Below are positions 27,478 through 36,820 of a stretch of DNA of 64,000 nt, piece by piece. This DNA comes from Candidatus Faecousia faecigallinarum (GTDB lineage: Bacteria; Bacillota; Clostridia; Oscillospirales; Oscillospiraceae): positions 20,637 through 84,636 of the forward strand of contig DVHJ01000003.1 of NCBI GenBank assembly GCA_018712145.1. Reading direction: 5' to 3'. The position numbers were made by a program, and so were the translations under genes. Under the pieces are notes generated by a model. It saw only the letters and a program-made list of their open reading frames with translations, made no database searches and had not been told where the DNA came from. Numbering within the stretch: position 1 is the stretch's first letter; every line of letters starts with the position of its first letter.

Positions 27478-28899
27478 ATGGGGGGCTTCTTTGGCGCAGT
27501 CTGCAACCGGGACTGCGTAATGGATATTTTCTTCGGCGCGGACTATCACTCTCATCTGGGTACCCGCCGGGGCGGCATGGTGATCTATCACCGGGAAGAG
27601 GGCTTCCAGCGGCAGATCCACAACATTGAAAACACACCCTTCCGCACCAAATTTGAGCGGGATGTGGAAAAACTCCACGGCTGCAGCGGCATCGGCTGCA
27701 TCAGCGACACCGATCCCCAGCCCCTGCTGGTTCGCTCCCACCTGGGCCTGTTCGCCATTGCCTTTGTGGGCATGATCAACAATGCCGAGGCGCTGGTGGA
27801 TTTGTGCTTCACCAGCCATGGCCGCCAGTTTATGGCCATGAGCAACGGGAAGGTAAACCAGTCGGAACTGGTGGCCGCCCTCATCAATCAGAAAGATACC
27901 CTGGTGGAGGGCATCCGCCATGCCCAGAATTTGATTGACGGCTCTGCCACCATCCTTCTGTTACGAGAGGACGGCATCATTGCCGCCCGGGATAAGGTAG
28001 GCCGCCTGCCGGTACTGGTGGGCAAAAGCGAAACCGGCTACTGTGTTTCCTTTGAATCCTTTGCCTATCACAAGCTGGAGTATGCCGACGAGTACGAGCT
28101 GGGCCCTGGGGAAATCGTCCGGATTACCGCCGGCGGTCTGGAACAGCTGGCCGCCCCCGGCAAGGAAATGAAAATCTGCGCCTTCCTCTGGACCTATTAC
28201 GGCTACCCCAACTCCACCTACGAGGGCAAAAACGTGGAGGTCATGCGTTACCGCAACGGGCAGATTATGGCCCGGGACGAGGCGGCCCGGGGCGAAGTGC
28301 CGGATGTGGACTATGTGGCCGGAGTGCCGGATTCCGGCCTGCCCCACGCCATCGGCTATGCCAACGAAAGCCGGAAAAGCTTTGCCCGGCCCTTTGTCAA
28401 ATATACCCCCACCTGGCCCCGGTCGTTTATGCCGGCCAATCAGGCGGTGCGCAATCAGGTAGCCAAAATGAAACAAATCCCTGTGCCGGAGCTGATCCAA
28501 GGCAAGCGCCTGCTGTTTGTGGACGATTCCATCGTCCGGGGAACCCAACTTCGGGAAACGGTGGAGTTCCTGTACAGCAGCGGCGCCGAGGAAGTGCATA
28601 TGCGCTCGGCCTGTCCGCCCATTATGTACGGCTGTAAATACCTGAACTTCTCTGCCAGCCGGTCGGACATGGAACTGCTGGCCCGGCGGGTGGTACAGGA
28701 GCTGGAGGGGGACGAGGGGCAGAAGCATCTAGACGAGTATGCCGACTGCAGCACCCATCGGGGCCAATGCCTCCTGAAGTCCATTTGTGAAAAGCTGGGC
28801 TTCCACTCCCTGGGCTATCAATCCCTGGACGGCTTGTTGGAGGCCATCGGCCTGGATAAAGACAAAGTTTGCACCTACTGCTGGACGGGCAAACCCTAA
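27478..28899 (+). CDS. purF: Amidophosphoribosyltransferase-like protein (PurF paralogue lacking N-terminal Cys)
   Basis: PRPP motif [17 protein letters not shown]-terminal CTYC; N-terminus MGGFFG and SHLG in place of CG../QHRG. Confidence 0.8.
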   Translation: MGGFFGAVCNRDCVMDIFFGADYHSHLGTRRGGMVIYHREEGFQRQIHNIENTPFRTKFERDVEKLHGCSGIGCISDTDPQPLLVRSHLGLFAIAFVGMINNAEALVDLCFTSHGRQFMAMSNGKVNQSELVAALINQKDTLVEGIRHAQNLIDGSATILLLREDGIIAARDKVGRLPVLVGKSETGYCVSFESFAYHKLEYADEYELGPGEIVRITAGGLEQLAAPGKEMKICAFLWTYYGYPNSTYEGKNVEVMRYRNGQIMARDEAARGEVPDVDYVAGVPDSGLPHAIGYANESRKSFARPFVKYTPTWPRSFMPANQAVRNQVAKMKQIPVPELIQGKRLLFVDDSIVRGTQLRETVEFLYSSGAEEVHMRSACPPIMYGCKYLNFSASRSDMELLARRVVQELEGDEGQKHLDEYADCSTHRGQCLLKSICEKLGFHSLGYQSLDGLLEAIGLDKDKVCTYCWTGKP

Positions 28900-28933
28900 C
28901 CGCGTTGCCCCAGCCTATCCCGGAGGAAACCGA

Positions 28934-30367
28934 ATGGAAAAACTGCGTGAGGAATGCGGCGTGTTCGGCGTATACGCCAAGGACAATTACGACATTGCCG
29001 CTACCACCTATTATGGCCTGTATGCCCTGCAGCACCGGGGCCAGGAGAGCTGCGGCATTGCCGTGTGCAACGATGGCATCATCACCGCCCACAAAGATTT
29101 GGGGCTGGTGGCGGATGTATTCACCCCGGCCGTGATGGCCCAGGCAGAGCCGGGCCACATGGCCATCGGCCATGTGCGCTACGGTACCACCGGCGCCACC
29201 GACCGGAACAATGCTCAGCCCATTGTAGTCAACCACTGCAAAGGCTCCCTGGCCCTGGCCCACAACGGCAATCTGGTCAACGCCTACGCCCTGCGCCAGG
29301 ATTTGGAGCTGAACGGATCGATTTTCCACACCACCTCGGATACGGAGGTTATCTCCTATATTATCACAAAGGCGCGGCTCACCGCCCCCTCCATTGAAGA
29401 GGCCGTGGACCGGGCCATGGACAAGCTCCAGGGGGCCTATTCCCTGGTGATCATGTCCGCCACCAAGCTCATGGCGGTGCGGGACCCCCGGGGATTCCGT
29501 CCCCTGTGCTATGGGCAAACGCCAGAGGGCGCCTATGTGGTGGCCTCGGAGAGCTGCGCCCTGGACGCGGTGGGCGCCACCCTGATCCGGGACGTAGAGC
29601 CGGGGGAGATCCTGGTTTTTGACCCGCAGGGCGTCCGCTCCATCCGCACCCACTGCGGCCAGGAAAAACGCACCATGTGCGTCTTTGAATACATTTACTT
29701 TGCCCGGCCGGACTCGGTGATGGACGGCAGTCCGGTGCACAATGCCCGCCGCTGGGCCGGGAGATTCCTGGCTCAGGAGCACCCGGTGGAGGCGGATGTG
29801 GTGGTGGGCGTGCCGGACTCCGGCATTGACGCCGCCATCGGCTTTGCCCAAGCCTCCGGCATCCCCTACGGTGTGGGCCTCATGAAAAATAAATACATTG
29901 GCCGCACCTTCATCTCCCCGGGGCAGAAAAGCCGGGAGGATAAAGTGCGCATTAAGCTAAACCCCATCGCCGCCACTGTGCTGGGCAAACGGGTGGTGCT
30001 GATTGACGATTCGATTGTCCGGGGCACCACCTCCGCCCGAATTGTAAAGCTCCTGCGGGAAGCTGGGGCCAAGGAGGTGCACATGCGGATTTCCGCGCCG
30101 CCCTTCCTGAACCCCTGCTACTACGGCACAGACATCGACTCCCGGGACATGCTCATCGCCGCCAAGTACCCGGTGGAGGAGATCTGCCGCCGCATCGGCG
30201 CAGACTCCCTGGGCTACCTGCGCATAGAGGATGTGGTAAAGCTGGCTGAGGGCGGCGGTGGATTCTGTACCGCCTGCTTCAGCGGCCAATATCCTACCCA
30301 AGTGCCGGAAAATACGAAGAAATACCGCTTTGAGCGGAAATTATCGGAAAAGGAGCCGAAACCATGA
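28934..30367 (+). CDS. purF: Amidophosphoribosyltransferase (canonical)
   Basis: Short propeptide plus [47 protein letters not shown]. Confidence 0.96.
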   Translation: MEKLREECGVFGVYAKDNYDIAATTYYGLYALQHRGQESCGIAVCNDGIITAHKDLGLVADVFTPAVMAQAEPGHMAIGHVRYGTTGATDRNNAQPIVVNHCKGSLALAHNGNLVNAYALRQDLELNGSIFHTTSDTEVISYIITKARLTAPSIEEAVDRAMDKLQGAYSLVIMSATKLMAVRDPRGFRPLCYGQTPEGAYVVASESCALDAVGATLIRDVEPGEILVFDPQGVRSIRTHCGQEKRTMCVFEYIYFARPDSVMDGSPVHNARRWAGRFLAQEHPVEADVVVGVPDSGIDAAIGFAQASGIPYGVGLMKNKYIGRTFISPGQKSREDKVRIKLNPIAATVLGKRVVLIDDSIVRGTTSARIVKLLREAGAKEVHMRISAPPFLNPCYYGTDIDSRDMLIAAKYPVEEICRRIGADSLGYLRIEDVVKLAEGGGGFCTACFSGQYPTQVPENTKKYRFERKLSEKEPKP

Positions 30368-31407
30368 ACGAGAAAAGCTACTCCCAGAGCTACAAGGAAG
30401 CCGGCGTGGATATCACTGCAGGCTACCGGGCGGTGGAGCTGATGAAGGCTCATGTGGCCCGGACGAAAACCGCCGGCTGCCTGGACGAGCTGGGCGGCTT
30501 CGGCGGCCTGTTTGGCTTGGACTTGACCGGCATGGCCCAACCGGTGCTGGTCTCCGGCACCGATGGCGTTGGCACAAAACTGCGCCTTGCCTTCCGGATG
30601 GACAAACACGACACCGTTGGCATTGACTGCGTGGCCATGTGCGTCAACGACGTGATTTGCTGCGGCGCCAAGCCACTGTTTTTCCTGGACTACATCGCCT
30701 GCGGCAAAAATGTGCCGGAGCGGATTGCCCAGGTGGTGGCCGGCGTGGCGGAAGGCTGCGTCCAATCCGGGGCTGCCCTCATCGGCGGGGAGACGGCGGA
30801 AATGCCTGGCTTCTACCCGGAGGATGAGTATGACCTGGCCGGGTTTGCCGTGGGCATTGTGGACAAAGCCAAGATCATTAACCGCAATACCATGGCGGAA
30901 GGGGATGTGGTTATCGCCCTGCCCTCCTCCGGTGTCCACTCCAACGGATTTTCCCTGGTGCGGAAAGTGTTCGACGTGGACAGCCCGGAATTTCTCACCC
31001 CCCGGCCGGAACTGGGCGGGGACAGCCTGGGGCAAACCCTGCTCACCCCCACGAAAATCTACGTCAAACCGATGCTGGCCCTGTTTGACCGGGTGCAGGT
31101 AAAGGGCGTCAGCCACATCACCGGCGGCGGCTTTTACGAGAACCTGCCCAGAGCCATTCCCGATGGCCTGGGAGCAAAAATCCAGAAAGATACCCTGCGC
31201 ATCCCCCCCATTTTCTCCCTGATTGCCCAGGCGGGGAATATCCCGGAGCGGGATATGTTCAACACCTTCAATATGGGCGTGGGCATGAGCGTCACTGTGG
31301 CCAAGGCCGATGCGGATACCGCCCTGGAGATTCTCCGGGCCAACGGGGAAGACGCCTATGTCATCGGCCAAATTGTCCAATCGGAAGATAAGGTGATTTT
31401 GGTATGA
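30364..31407 (+). CDS. purM: AIR synthetase
   Basis: [49 protein letters not shown]. Confidence 0.97.
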   Translation: MNEKSYSQSYKEAGVDITAGYRAVELMKAHVARTKTAGCLDELGGFGGLFGLDLTGMAQPVLVSGTDGVGTKLRLAFRMDKHDTVGIDCVAMCVNDVICCGAKPLFFLDYIACGKNVPERIAQVVAGVAEGCVQSGAALIGGETAEMPGFYPEDEYDLAGFAVGIVDKAKIINRNTMAEGDVVIALPSSGVHSNGFSLVRKVFDVDSPEFLTPRPELGGDSLGQTLLTPTKIYVKPMLALFDRVQVKGVSHITGGGFYENLPRAIPDGLGAKIQKDTLRIPPIFSLIAQAGNIPERDMFNTFNMGVGMSVTVAKADADTALEILRANGEDAYVIGQIVQSEDKVILV

Positions 31408-32003
31408 AAACCCGGATTGCCGTCTTAGTCTCCGGTGGAGGCACCAATCTTCAGGCACTGCTGGACGCGGAAGCCCAGGGGCGCATCCCCCACGGGGAGA
31501 TTGCCCTGGTGGTGTCCAACAACCCCAAGGCCTATGCCCTGGAGCGGGCCAAGCAGGCCGGTGTCCCCGCCGCCGTGCTGGACAAAGCCGGCAGCCAAGC
31601 GGACTTTGAAGACCGGCTCCAGCGGATTTTGGAGCTGGACGGCATTGACCTGATTATCCTGGCAGGCTTTATGCGCATTCTCACCGGGCGCTTCACCGCG
31701 AAGTGGCCCAACCGCATTTTGAATGTCCACCCCAGCCTGATTCCCGCCTTTTGCGGCCAGGGATTTTACGGCCTGCGGGTCCATGAGGCAGCACTGGCCC
31801 GGGGGGTGAAGCTCACCGGCGCCACGGTACATTATGTCAACGAGATTCCCGACGGCGGCCCCATCCTCCTGCAAAAGGCGGTGGAGGTTCTGCCTGAGGA
31901 TACCCCGGAAACATTGCAGCGCCGGGTGATGGAGCAGGCGGAGTGGATTCTCCTGCCCCAGGCGGCAGAGCTGGCCGCCCGGCAGCTGGCAGAACAAGCG
32001 TAA
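31404..32003 (+). CDS. purN: GAR transformylase
   Basis: [37 protein letters not shown]. Confidence 0.96.
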   Translation: MKTRIAVLVSGGGTNLQALLDAEAQGRIPHGEIALVVSNNPKAYALERAKQAGVPAAVLDKAGSQADFEDRLQRILELDGIDLIILAGFMRILTGRFTAKWPNRILNVHPSLIPAFCGQGFYGLRVHEAALARGVKLTGATVHYVNEIPDGGPILLQKAVEVLPEDTPETLQRRVMEQAEWILLPQAAELAARQLAEQA

Positions 32004-32016
32004 GGAGGAACATGAG

Positions 32017-32727
32017 ATGGAGCAACTGTCTGCCCTGCTGAAGGGCAACGCCTATCCCGGCCGGGGAATTGTCCTAGGCCGGAGCCAGGACGGCAAATAC
32101 GCCGTGGTGGCCTACTTCATCATGGGCCGGAGCGAAAACAGCCGGAACCGGATCTTTGTGGAGACCCAGGACGGCATCCGCACCCAGGCCTATGATCCGG
32201 CCAAGATGACCGACCCGTCCCTGATCATCTACCACCCTGTGCGCCGGGTAACGGATGAGGACGGGGTGACCACCATCGTCACCAACGGCGACCAGACCGA
32301 CACCCTGCGGGACTTTATGCTGGAGGGGGAAAGCTATGTGGCCGCCCTGAACACCCGGGAATTTGAGCCGGACGGGCCCAATTACACCCCTCGGATTTCC
32401 GGCATTGTCTATCCCAGCGGCAGCTACATGCTGTCCATTTTAAAAAGCCTGGACGGCGATCCCAGCTGCTGCCTGCGGCACTACTTTACCTACGATGCAC
32501 CCCGGCCTGGTTTGGGCCACTTCCTGCACACCTATCAGGGAGACGGCAATCCCCTGCCTTCTTTCCAGGGGGAGCCCCGGCCGGTGGAAATTGCCGGGGA
32601 TTTGGATACTTTTACCGGCCTGATCTGGCAGGGCTTGAATCCGGAGAACAAAGTCTCCCTGTTCACCAGCTTCATTGACCTGGAAACCGGGGCGGCAGAG
32701 AGCCGGATCGTCAACAAGCACAGCTGA
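32017..32727 (+). CDS. Stand-alone IMP cyclohydrolase (PurO-like)
   Basis: YPGRGIV, YFIMGRSENSRNR, TNGDQTD, FEPDGPNYTPRISG; pur operon context. Confidence 0.8.
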   Translation: MEQLSALLKGNAYPGRGIVLGRSQDGKYAVVAYFIMGRSENSRNRIFVETQDGIRTQAYDPAKMTDPSLIIYHPVRRVTDEDGVTTIVTNGDQTDTLRDFMLEGESYVAALNTREFEPDGPNYTPRISGIVYPSGSYMLSILKSLDGDPSCCLRHYFTYDAPRPGLGHFLHTYQGDGNPLPSFQGEPRPVEIAGDLDTFTGLIWQGLNPENKVSLFTSFIDLETGAAESRIVNKHS

Positions 32728-32795
32728 TCCCCCAGCCCGGCGGAAAGCCGCCGGACAGAGTATACACAACTCCAAACGGAAGAGGTGCGTTGCCC

Positions 32796-34232
32796 ATGGA
32801 ACACAATCATGACGCCTATGTCTCCCCCCTGTCTACCCGGTATGCCAGCCAGGAAATGCAGCACATTTTTTCGGACAATTTTAAGTTCCGCACCTGGCGG
32901 AAGCTGTGGATTGCCCTGGCCAAGGCGGAGCACGCTTTGGGACTGCCGGTCACCCAGGCGCAAATCGACGAGCTGGAAGCCCACCAGGATGACATTAACT
33001 ACGATGTGGCTGAGGAAAGAGAGCGCCTGGTGCGCCACGACGTGATGAGCCACGTCTACGCCTACGGCCAGCAGTGCCCCCAGGCCGCCGGGATTATCCA
33101 CCTGGGCGCCACCTCCTGCTACGTGGGGGACAACACCGATGTGATCATCCTCCGGGCGGCCAGCCGGCTGGTGCTGGCCAAGTGCGCCCAAGTGGCCAGG
33201 AATCTGGCAGGATTTGCCGAAACCTACCGGGATATGCCCTGCCTGGGCTATACCCACCTGCAGCCGGCCCAGCTCACCACCGTGGGCAAGCGGGCCACCC
33301 TTTGGCTGTATGAGCTGCTCCAGGATATGGAAAACCTGTCTTTTCAGCTGTCCCAGCTGAAGCTCCTAGGCTCTAAGGGCACCACCGGCACCCAGGCCTC
33401 CTTCATGGAGCTGTTCCAAGGGGACGAGGAAAAAATCAAGGAGATGGAGAGGCTGATTGCCCAGGATATGGGCTTTTCCGCCGTGGTGCCGGTGTCCGGC
33501 CAAACCTACTCCCGGAAGGTGGACGCCTATTTCCTGAACTGCCTGTCCGGCATTGCCCAAAGCGCCATGAAATTCGCCAATGACCTGCGGATTTTGCAGT
33601 CCTTTGAGGAAATGGAAGAGCCGTTTGAGAAAAATCAGATCGGCTCCTCCGCCATGCCCTATAAACGCAACCCCATGCGGTCCGAGCGAATCTGCGCCCT
33701 GGCTCGGTACGTGGTGGTGGACAGTCTGAACCCTGGACTTACCGCCGGTACCCAGTGGTTTGAGCGCACCCTGGACGATTCGGCCAACAAGCGGATTGCC
33801 GTGGCGGAAGCCTTCCTGGCGGTGGACGCTATCCTCAATATTTATATCAACATCACAGAAGGCCTGGTGGTCAACCCCAAGGTGATTGAGCGCCGGGTAA
33901 TGGAAAAGCTGCCCTTCATGGCCACGGAGAACATCATGATGGAATCCGTCAAGCGGGGCGGGGACCGGCAGGCCCTCCATGAAGCCCTGCGGGTACACGC
34001 CCATGCCGCCGCCGCCAAGGTGAAGCTGGAGGGCGGACAAAACGACCTGATCGACCGCATTGCCGCCGACAGCCGCTTCCCCATGACCAAGGCGGAAATT
34101 CTGGCCCAAATGGACCCCAAAACCTACACCGGCCGGGCCGCCAGCCAGGTGACGGAATTCCTCCGGGACGTGGTAACGCCCGCCTTGGCGCAGTATACAG
34201 ATCAACACATTACCGCAGAATTGAGGGTATAA
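32796..34232 (+). CDS. purB: Adenylosuccinate lyase
   Basis: SPLSTRYAS, RHDVMSH, HLGATS, THLQPAQ, GSSAMPYKRNP. Confidence 0.96.
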   Translation: MEHNHDAYVSPLSTRYASQEMQHIFSDNFKFRTWRKLWIALAKAEHALGLPVTQAQIDELEAHQDDINYDVAEERERLVRHDVMSHVYAYGQQCPQAAGIIHLGATSCYVGDNTDVIILRAASRLVLAKCAQVARNLAGFAETYRDMPCLGYTHLQPAQLTTVGKRATLWLYELLQDMENLSFQLSQLKLLGSKGTTGTQASFMELFQGDEEKIKEMERLIAQDMGFSAVVPVSGQTYSRKVDAYFLNCLSGIAQSAMKFANDLRILQSFEEMEEPFEKNQIGSSAMPYKRNPMRSERICALARYVVVDSLNPGLTAGTQWFERTLDDSANKRIAVAEAFLAVDAILNIYINITEGLVVNPKVIERRVMEKLPFMATENIMMESVKRGGDRQALHEALRVHAHAAAAKVKLEGGQNDLIDRIAADSRFPMTKAEILAQMDPKTYTGRAASQVTEFLRDVVTPALAQYTDQHITAELRV

Positions 34233-34235
34233 ATC

Positions 34236-35420
34236 ATGAAAGAATATGAACTGAAATATGGCTGCAATCCCAACCAGAAGCCGGCAAAAATCTACATGGC
34301 CGACGGCAGCGACCTGCCGGTAACCATCCTCAACGGCCGACCGGGATACATTAACTTCCTGGATGCGCTGAACGCCTGGCAGCTGGTGAAGGAGTTGAAA
34401 GCGGCCACTCACCTGCCCTGCGCCACCTCCTTTAAGCATGTCTCCCCCACCTCTGCCGCCGTTGGCCTGCCCCTGCCGGAGTCCTTGAAAAAAGCCTGCT
34501 TTGTGGACGATGTGGCCGGGTTGGATGAAAATCCCTTGGCCTGCGCCTATGCCCGGGCCAGAGGCACCGACCGGATGTGCTCCTTCGGCGACTGGGTTGC
34601 CCTGTCTGACCCCTGCGACGCCCTCACCGCCTCCCTGATTGCCCGGGAAGTCTCCGACGGCATCATTGCCCCGGGCTATACCCCGGAGGCGCTGGAGATC
34701 CTCAAAGGCAAGCGGAAGGGAAACTACAACGTGGTGGCCATCGATCCGGCCTATGTCCCGGCGCCCCAGGAGGAAAAGCAGGTTTACGGCGTGACCTTCC
34801 GCCAGGGGAGAAATGAATTGAACATTGACGCGGATTTGCTCAACCGCCGGGTGACCGCCAACCAGGACCTGCCGCCAGAAGCGGTGCGGGATCTGATCGT
34901 CTCCCTCATCACCCTGAAGTACACCCAGTCCAACTCCGTCTGCTTTGCCTATGACGGCCAGGCCATCGGCGTGGGGGCGGGGCAGCAGTCCCGGATCCAC
35001 TGCACCCGGCTGGCCGGCTCCAAGGCGGACACCTGGTTCCTCCGGCAGCACCCCAAGACCTTGGCCCTGCCCTTCCGGCCGGACCTGGGCCGGCCCAACC
35101 GGGATAATGTGATTGACGGCTACATCAACGGCAACGAGGAGAACGTGTGCGCCGAGGGCATTTGGCAGAACTATTTCACCGTCCGGCCGGAGCCACTGAC
35201 CGAGGAAGAAAAGCAGGCTTTCCTGGCCAGCCGCACCGGCGTGTCCTTAGGCTCCGACGCGTTCTTCCCCTTCCCGGATAACATTAAGCGGGCGCTGAAA
35301 TCCGGCGTAAGCTATGTGGCCCAGCCCGGCGGCTCCATCCGGGACGATCTGGTGATTGCCGAGTGTGACAAGCATCACATGGTCATGGCTTTCACGGGCA
35401 TGCGCCTGTTCCATCACTAA
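34236..35420 (+). CDS. purH: AICAR transformylase (PurH C-terminal domain only)
   Basis: LKYGCNPNQ, GYINFLDA, SFKHVSP, KYTQSNSV, GAGQQSRIHC, SDAFFPF, QPGGSIRD; no N-terminal IMPCH domain. Confidence 0.9.
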   Translation: MKEYELKYGCNPNQKPAKIYMADGSDLPVTILNGRPGYINFLDALNAWQLVKELKAATHLPCATSFKHVSPTSAAVGLPLPESLKKACFVDDVAGLDENPLACAYARARGTDRMCSFGDWVALSDPCDALTASLIAREVSDGIIAPGYTPEALEILKGKRKGNYNVVAIDPAYVPAPQEEKQVYGVTFRQGRNELNIDADLLNRRVTANQDLPPEAVRDLIVSLITLKYTQSNSVCFAYDGQAIGVGAGQQSRIHCTRLAGSKADTWFLRQHPKTLALPFRPDLGRPNRDNVIDGYINGNEENVCAEGIWQNYFTVRPEPLTEEEKQAFLASRTGVSLGSDAFFPFPDNIKRALKSGVSYVAQPGGSIRDDLVIAECDKHHMVMAFTGMRLFHH

Positions 35421-35452
35421 TTCCTGGGCGGATTTTACGGAGGGATACAACG

Positions 35453-36718
35453 ATGCATATTCTTGTGGTGGGCGGCGGCGGCCGGGAGCACGCCATCATC
35501 AAAAAGCTGAGAGAGAACCCGGCGGTGACAGAAATTTATGCCCTGCCCGGCAATGGCGGCATGGCAGGACAGGCCAAGTGCGTGCCAATCGCCGCCACGG
35601 ATATTGACGGCATTGTGGAGTTTGCCCGAACCCATCCGGTGGATTACGCCGTGGTTACCCCGGACGATCCCCTGGTGCTGGGCTGCGTGGACCGGCTCAA
35701 CGCCATTGGCATTCCCTGCTTCGGCCCGAAGCAAAACGCCGCCATGCTGGAAGGCAGCAAAGCCTTCGCCAAGGGATTGATGAAAAAATACGGCATTCCC
35801 ACGGCCAACTACCAGGTGTTCACCCGGCTGGATGAGGCTCTGGCCTATCTGGAAACCGCTCCCATGCCCACGGTGGTGAAGGCCGACGGCCTGGCCTTGG
35901 GCAAGGGCGTGCTCATCTGCGCCACCCGGGCTGAGGCAGAACAAGCGGTGACTGACATGATGGTAAACGCCAAATTTGGCGCTTCCGGCGCCACGGTGGT
36001 GATCGAGGAATTTCTGGAGGGGCCGGAGGTTTCCGTCCTGGCCTTCACGGATGGAAAGACCGTGAAACCCATGGTGTCCTCCATGGACCACAAGCGGGCC
36101 GGGGACGGAGATACCGGCCTCAACACTGGGGGCATGGGCACCGTGGCCCCCAACCCCTACTACACCCCGGAAATTGCCCAGCAGTGTATGGCGGAAATTT
36201 TCCTGCCCACCATCCGGGCCATGGCGGCGGAGGGCCGGCCCTTTTCCGGCTGCCTGTACTTCGGCCTAATGCTGACCAAGACCGGCCCCAAAGTCATTGA
36301 ATACAACTGCCGGTTCGGCGACCCGGAAACCCAGGTGGTGCTGCCCCTGCTGAAGAGCGACTTGCTCACCGTGATGCAGGCCACCACCAACGGCACTTTG
36401 GCGGAAACGCCGGTGGAATTCTCGGATCAATGGGCCTGCTGCGTCATCACCGCCTCGGCAGGGTACCCGGAGCACTATGCCAAGGGGTTCCCCATTACCA
36501 TGACGGCGGAGGCTGCTGCTCACACCGACGTGGCCGGGGCCAAGCTGGCCGATGGCCGGCTGGTCACTGCCGGCGGCCGGGTCACCGGCACCACCGCCGT
36601 GGCCGGTACCCTGGCCGGTGCAATCCGGGAGGCTTACCGCCTGGCCAACCAGGTGGAATTTGCCAACGCCTACCGGCGGAGGGATATCGGCCAGCGGGCA
36701 TTGCAGGCGCTGGAATAA
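35453..36718 (+). CDS. purD: Phosphoribosylamine-glycine ligase
   Basis: GGGGREH, PGNGG, LEGSKAFAK, KADGLALGKGV, NTGGMG, EYNCRFGDPE. Confidence 0.97.
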   Translation: MHILVVGGGGREHAIIKKLRENPAVTEIYALPGNGGMAGQAKCVPIAATDIDGIVEFARTHPVDYAVVTPDDPLVLGCVDRLNAIGIPCFGPKQNAAMLEGSKAFAKGLMKKYGIPTANYQVFTRLDEALAYLETAPMPTVVKADGLALGKGVLICATRAEAEQAVTDMMVNAKFGASGATVVIEEFLEGPEVSVLAFTDGKTVKPMVSSMDHKRAGDGDTGLNTGGMGTVAPNPYYTPEIAQQCMAEIFLPTIRAMAAEGRPFSGCLYFGLMLTKTGPKVIEYNCRFGDPETQVVLPLLKSDLLTVMQATTNGTLAETPVEFSDQWACCVITASAGYPEHYAKGFPITMTAEAAAHTDVAGAKLADGRLVTAGGRVTGTTAVAGTLAGAIREAYRLANQVEFANAYRRRDIGQRALQALE

Positions 36719-36820
36719 TCCGCCGTTTGCAGGCCGCCCCCAATCCGAAGGCAGCAGCCGCCCCAGCGGCGCAGCTGCTTTGCCATAGCAGAAAGCATCC
36801 CAGATATGGAGGACAAGCCT

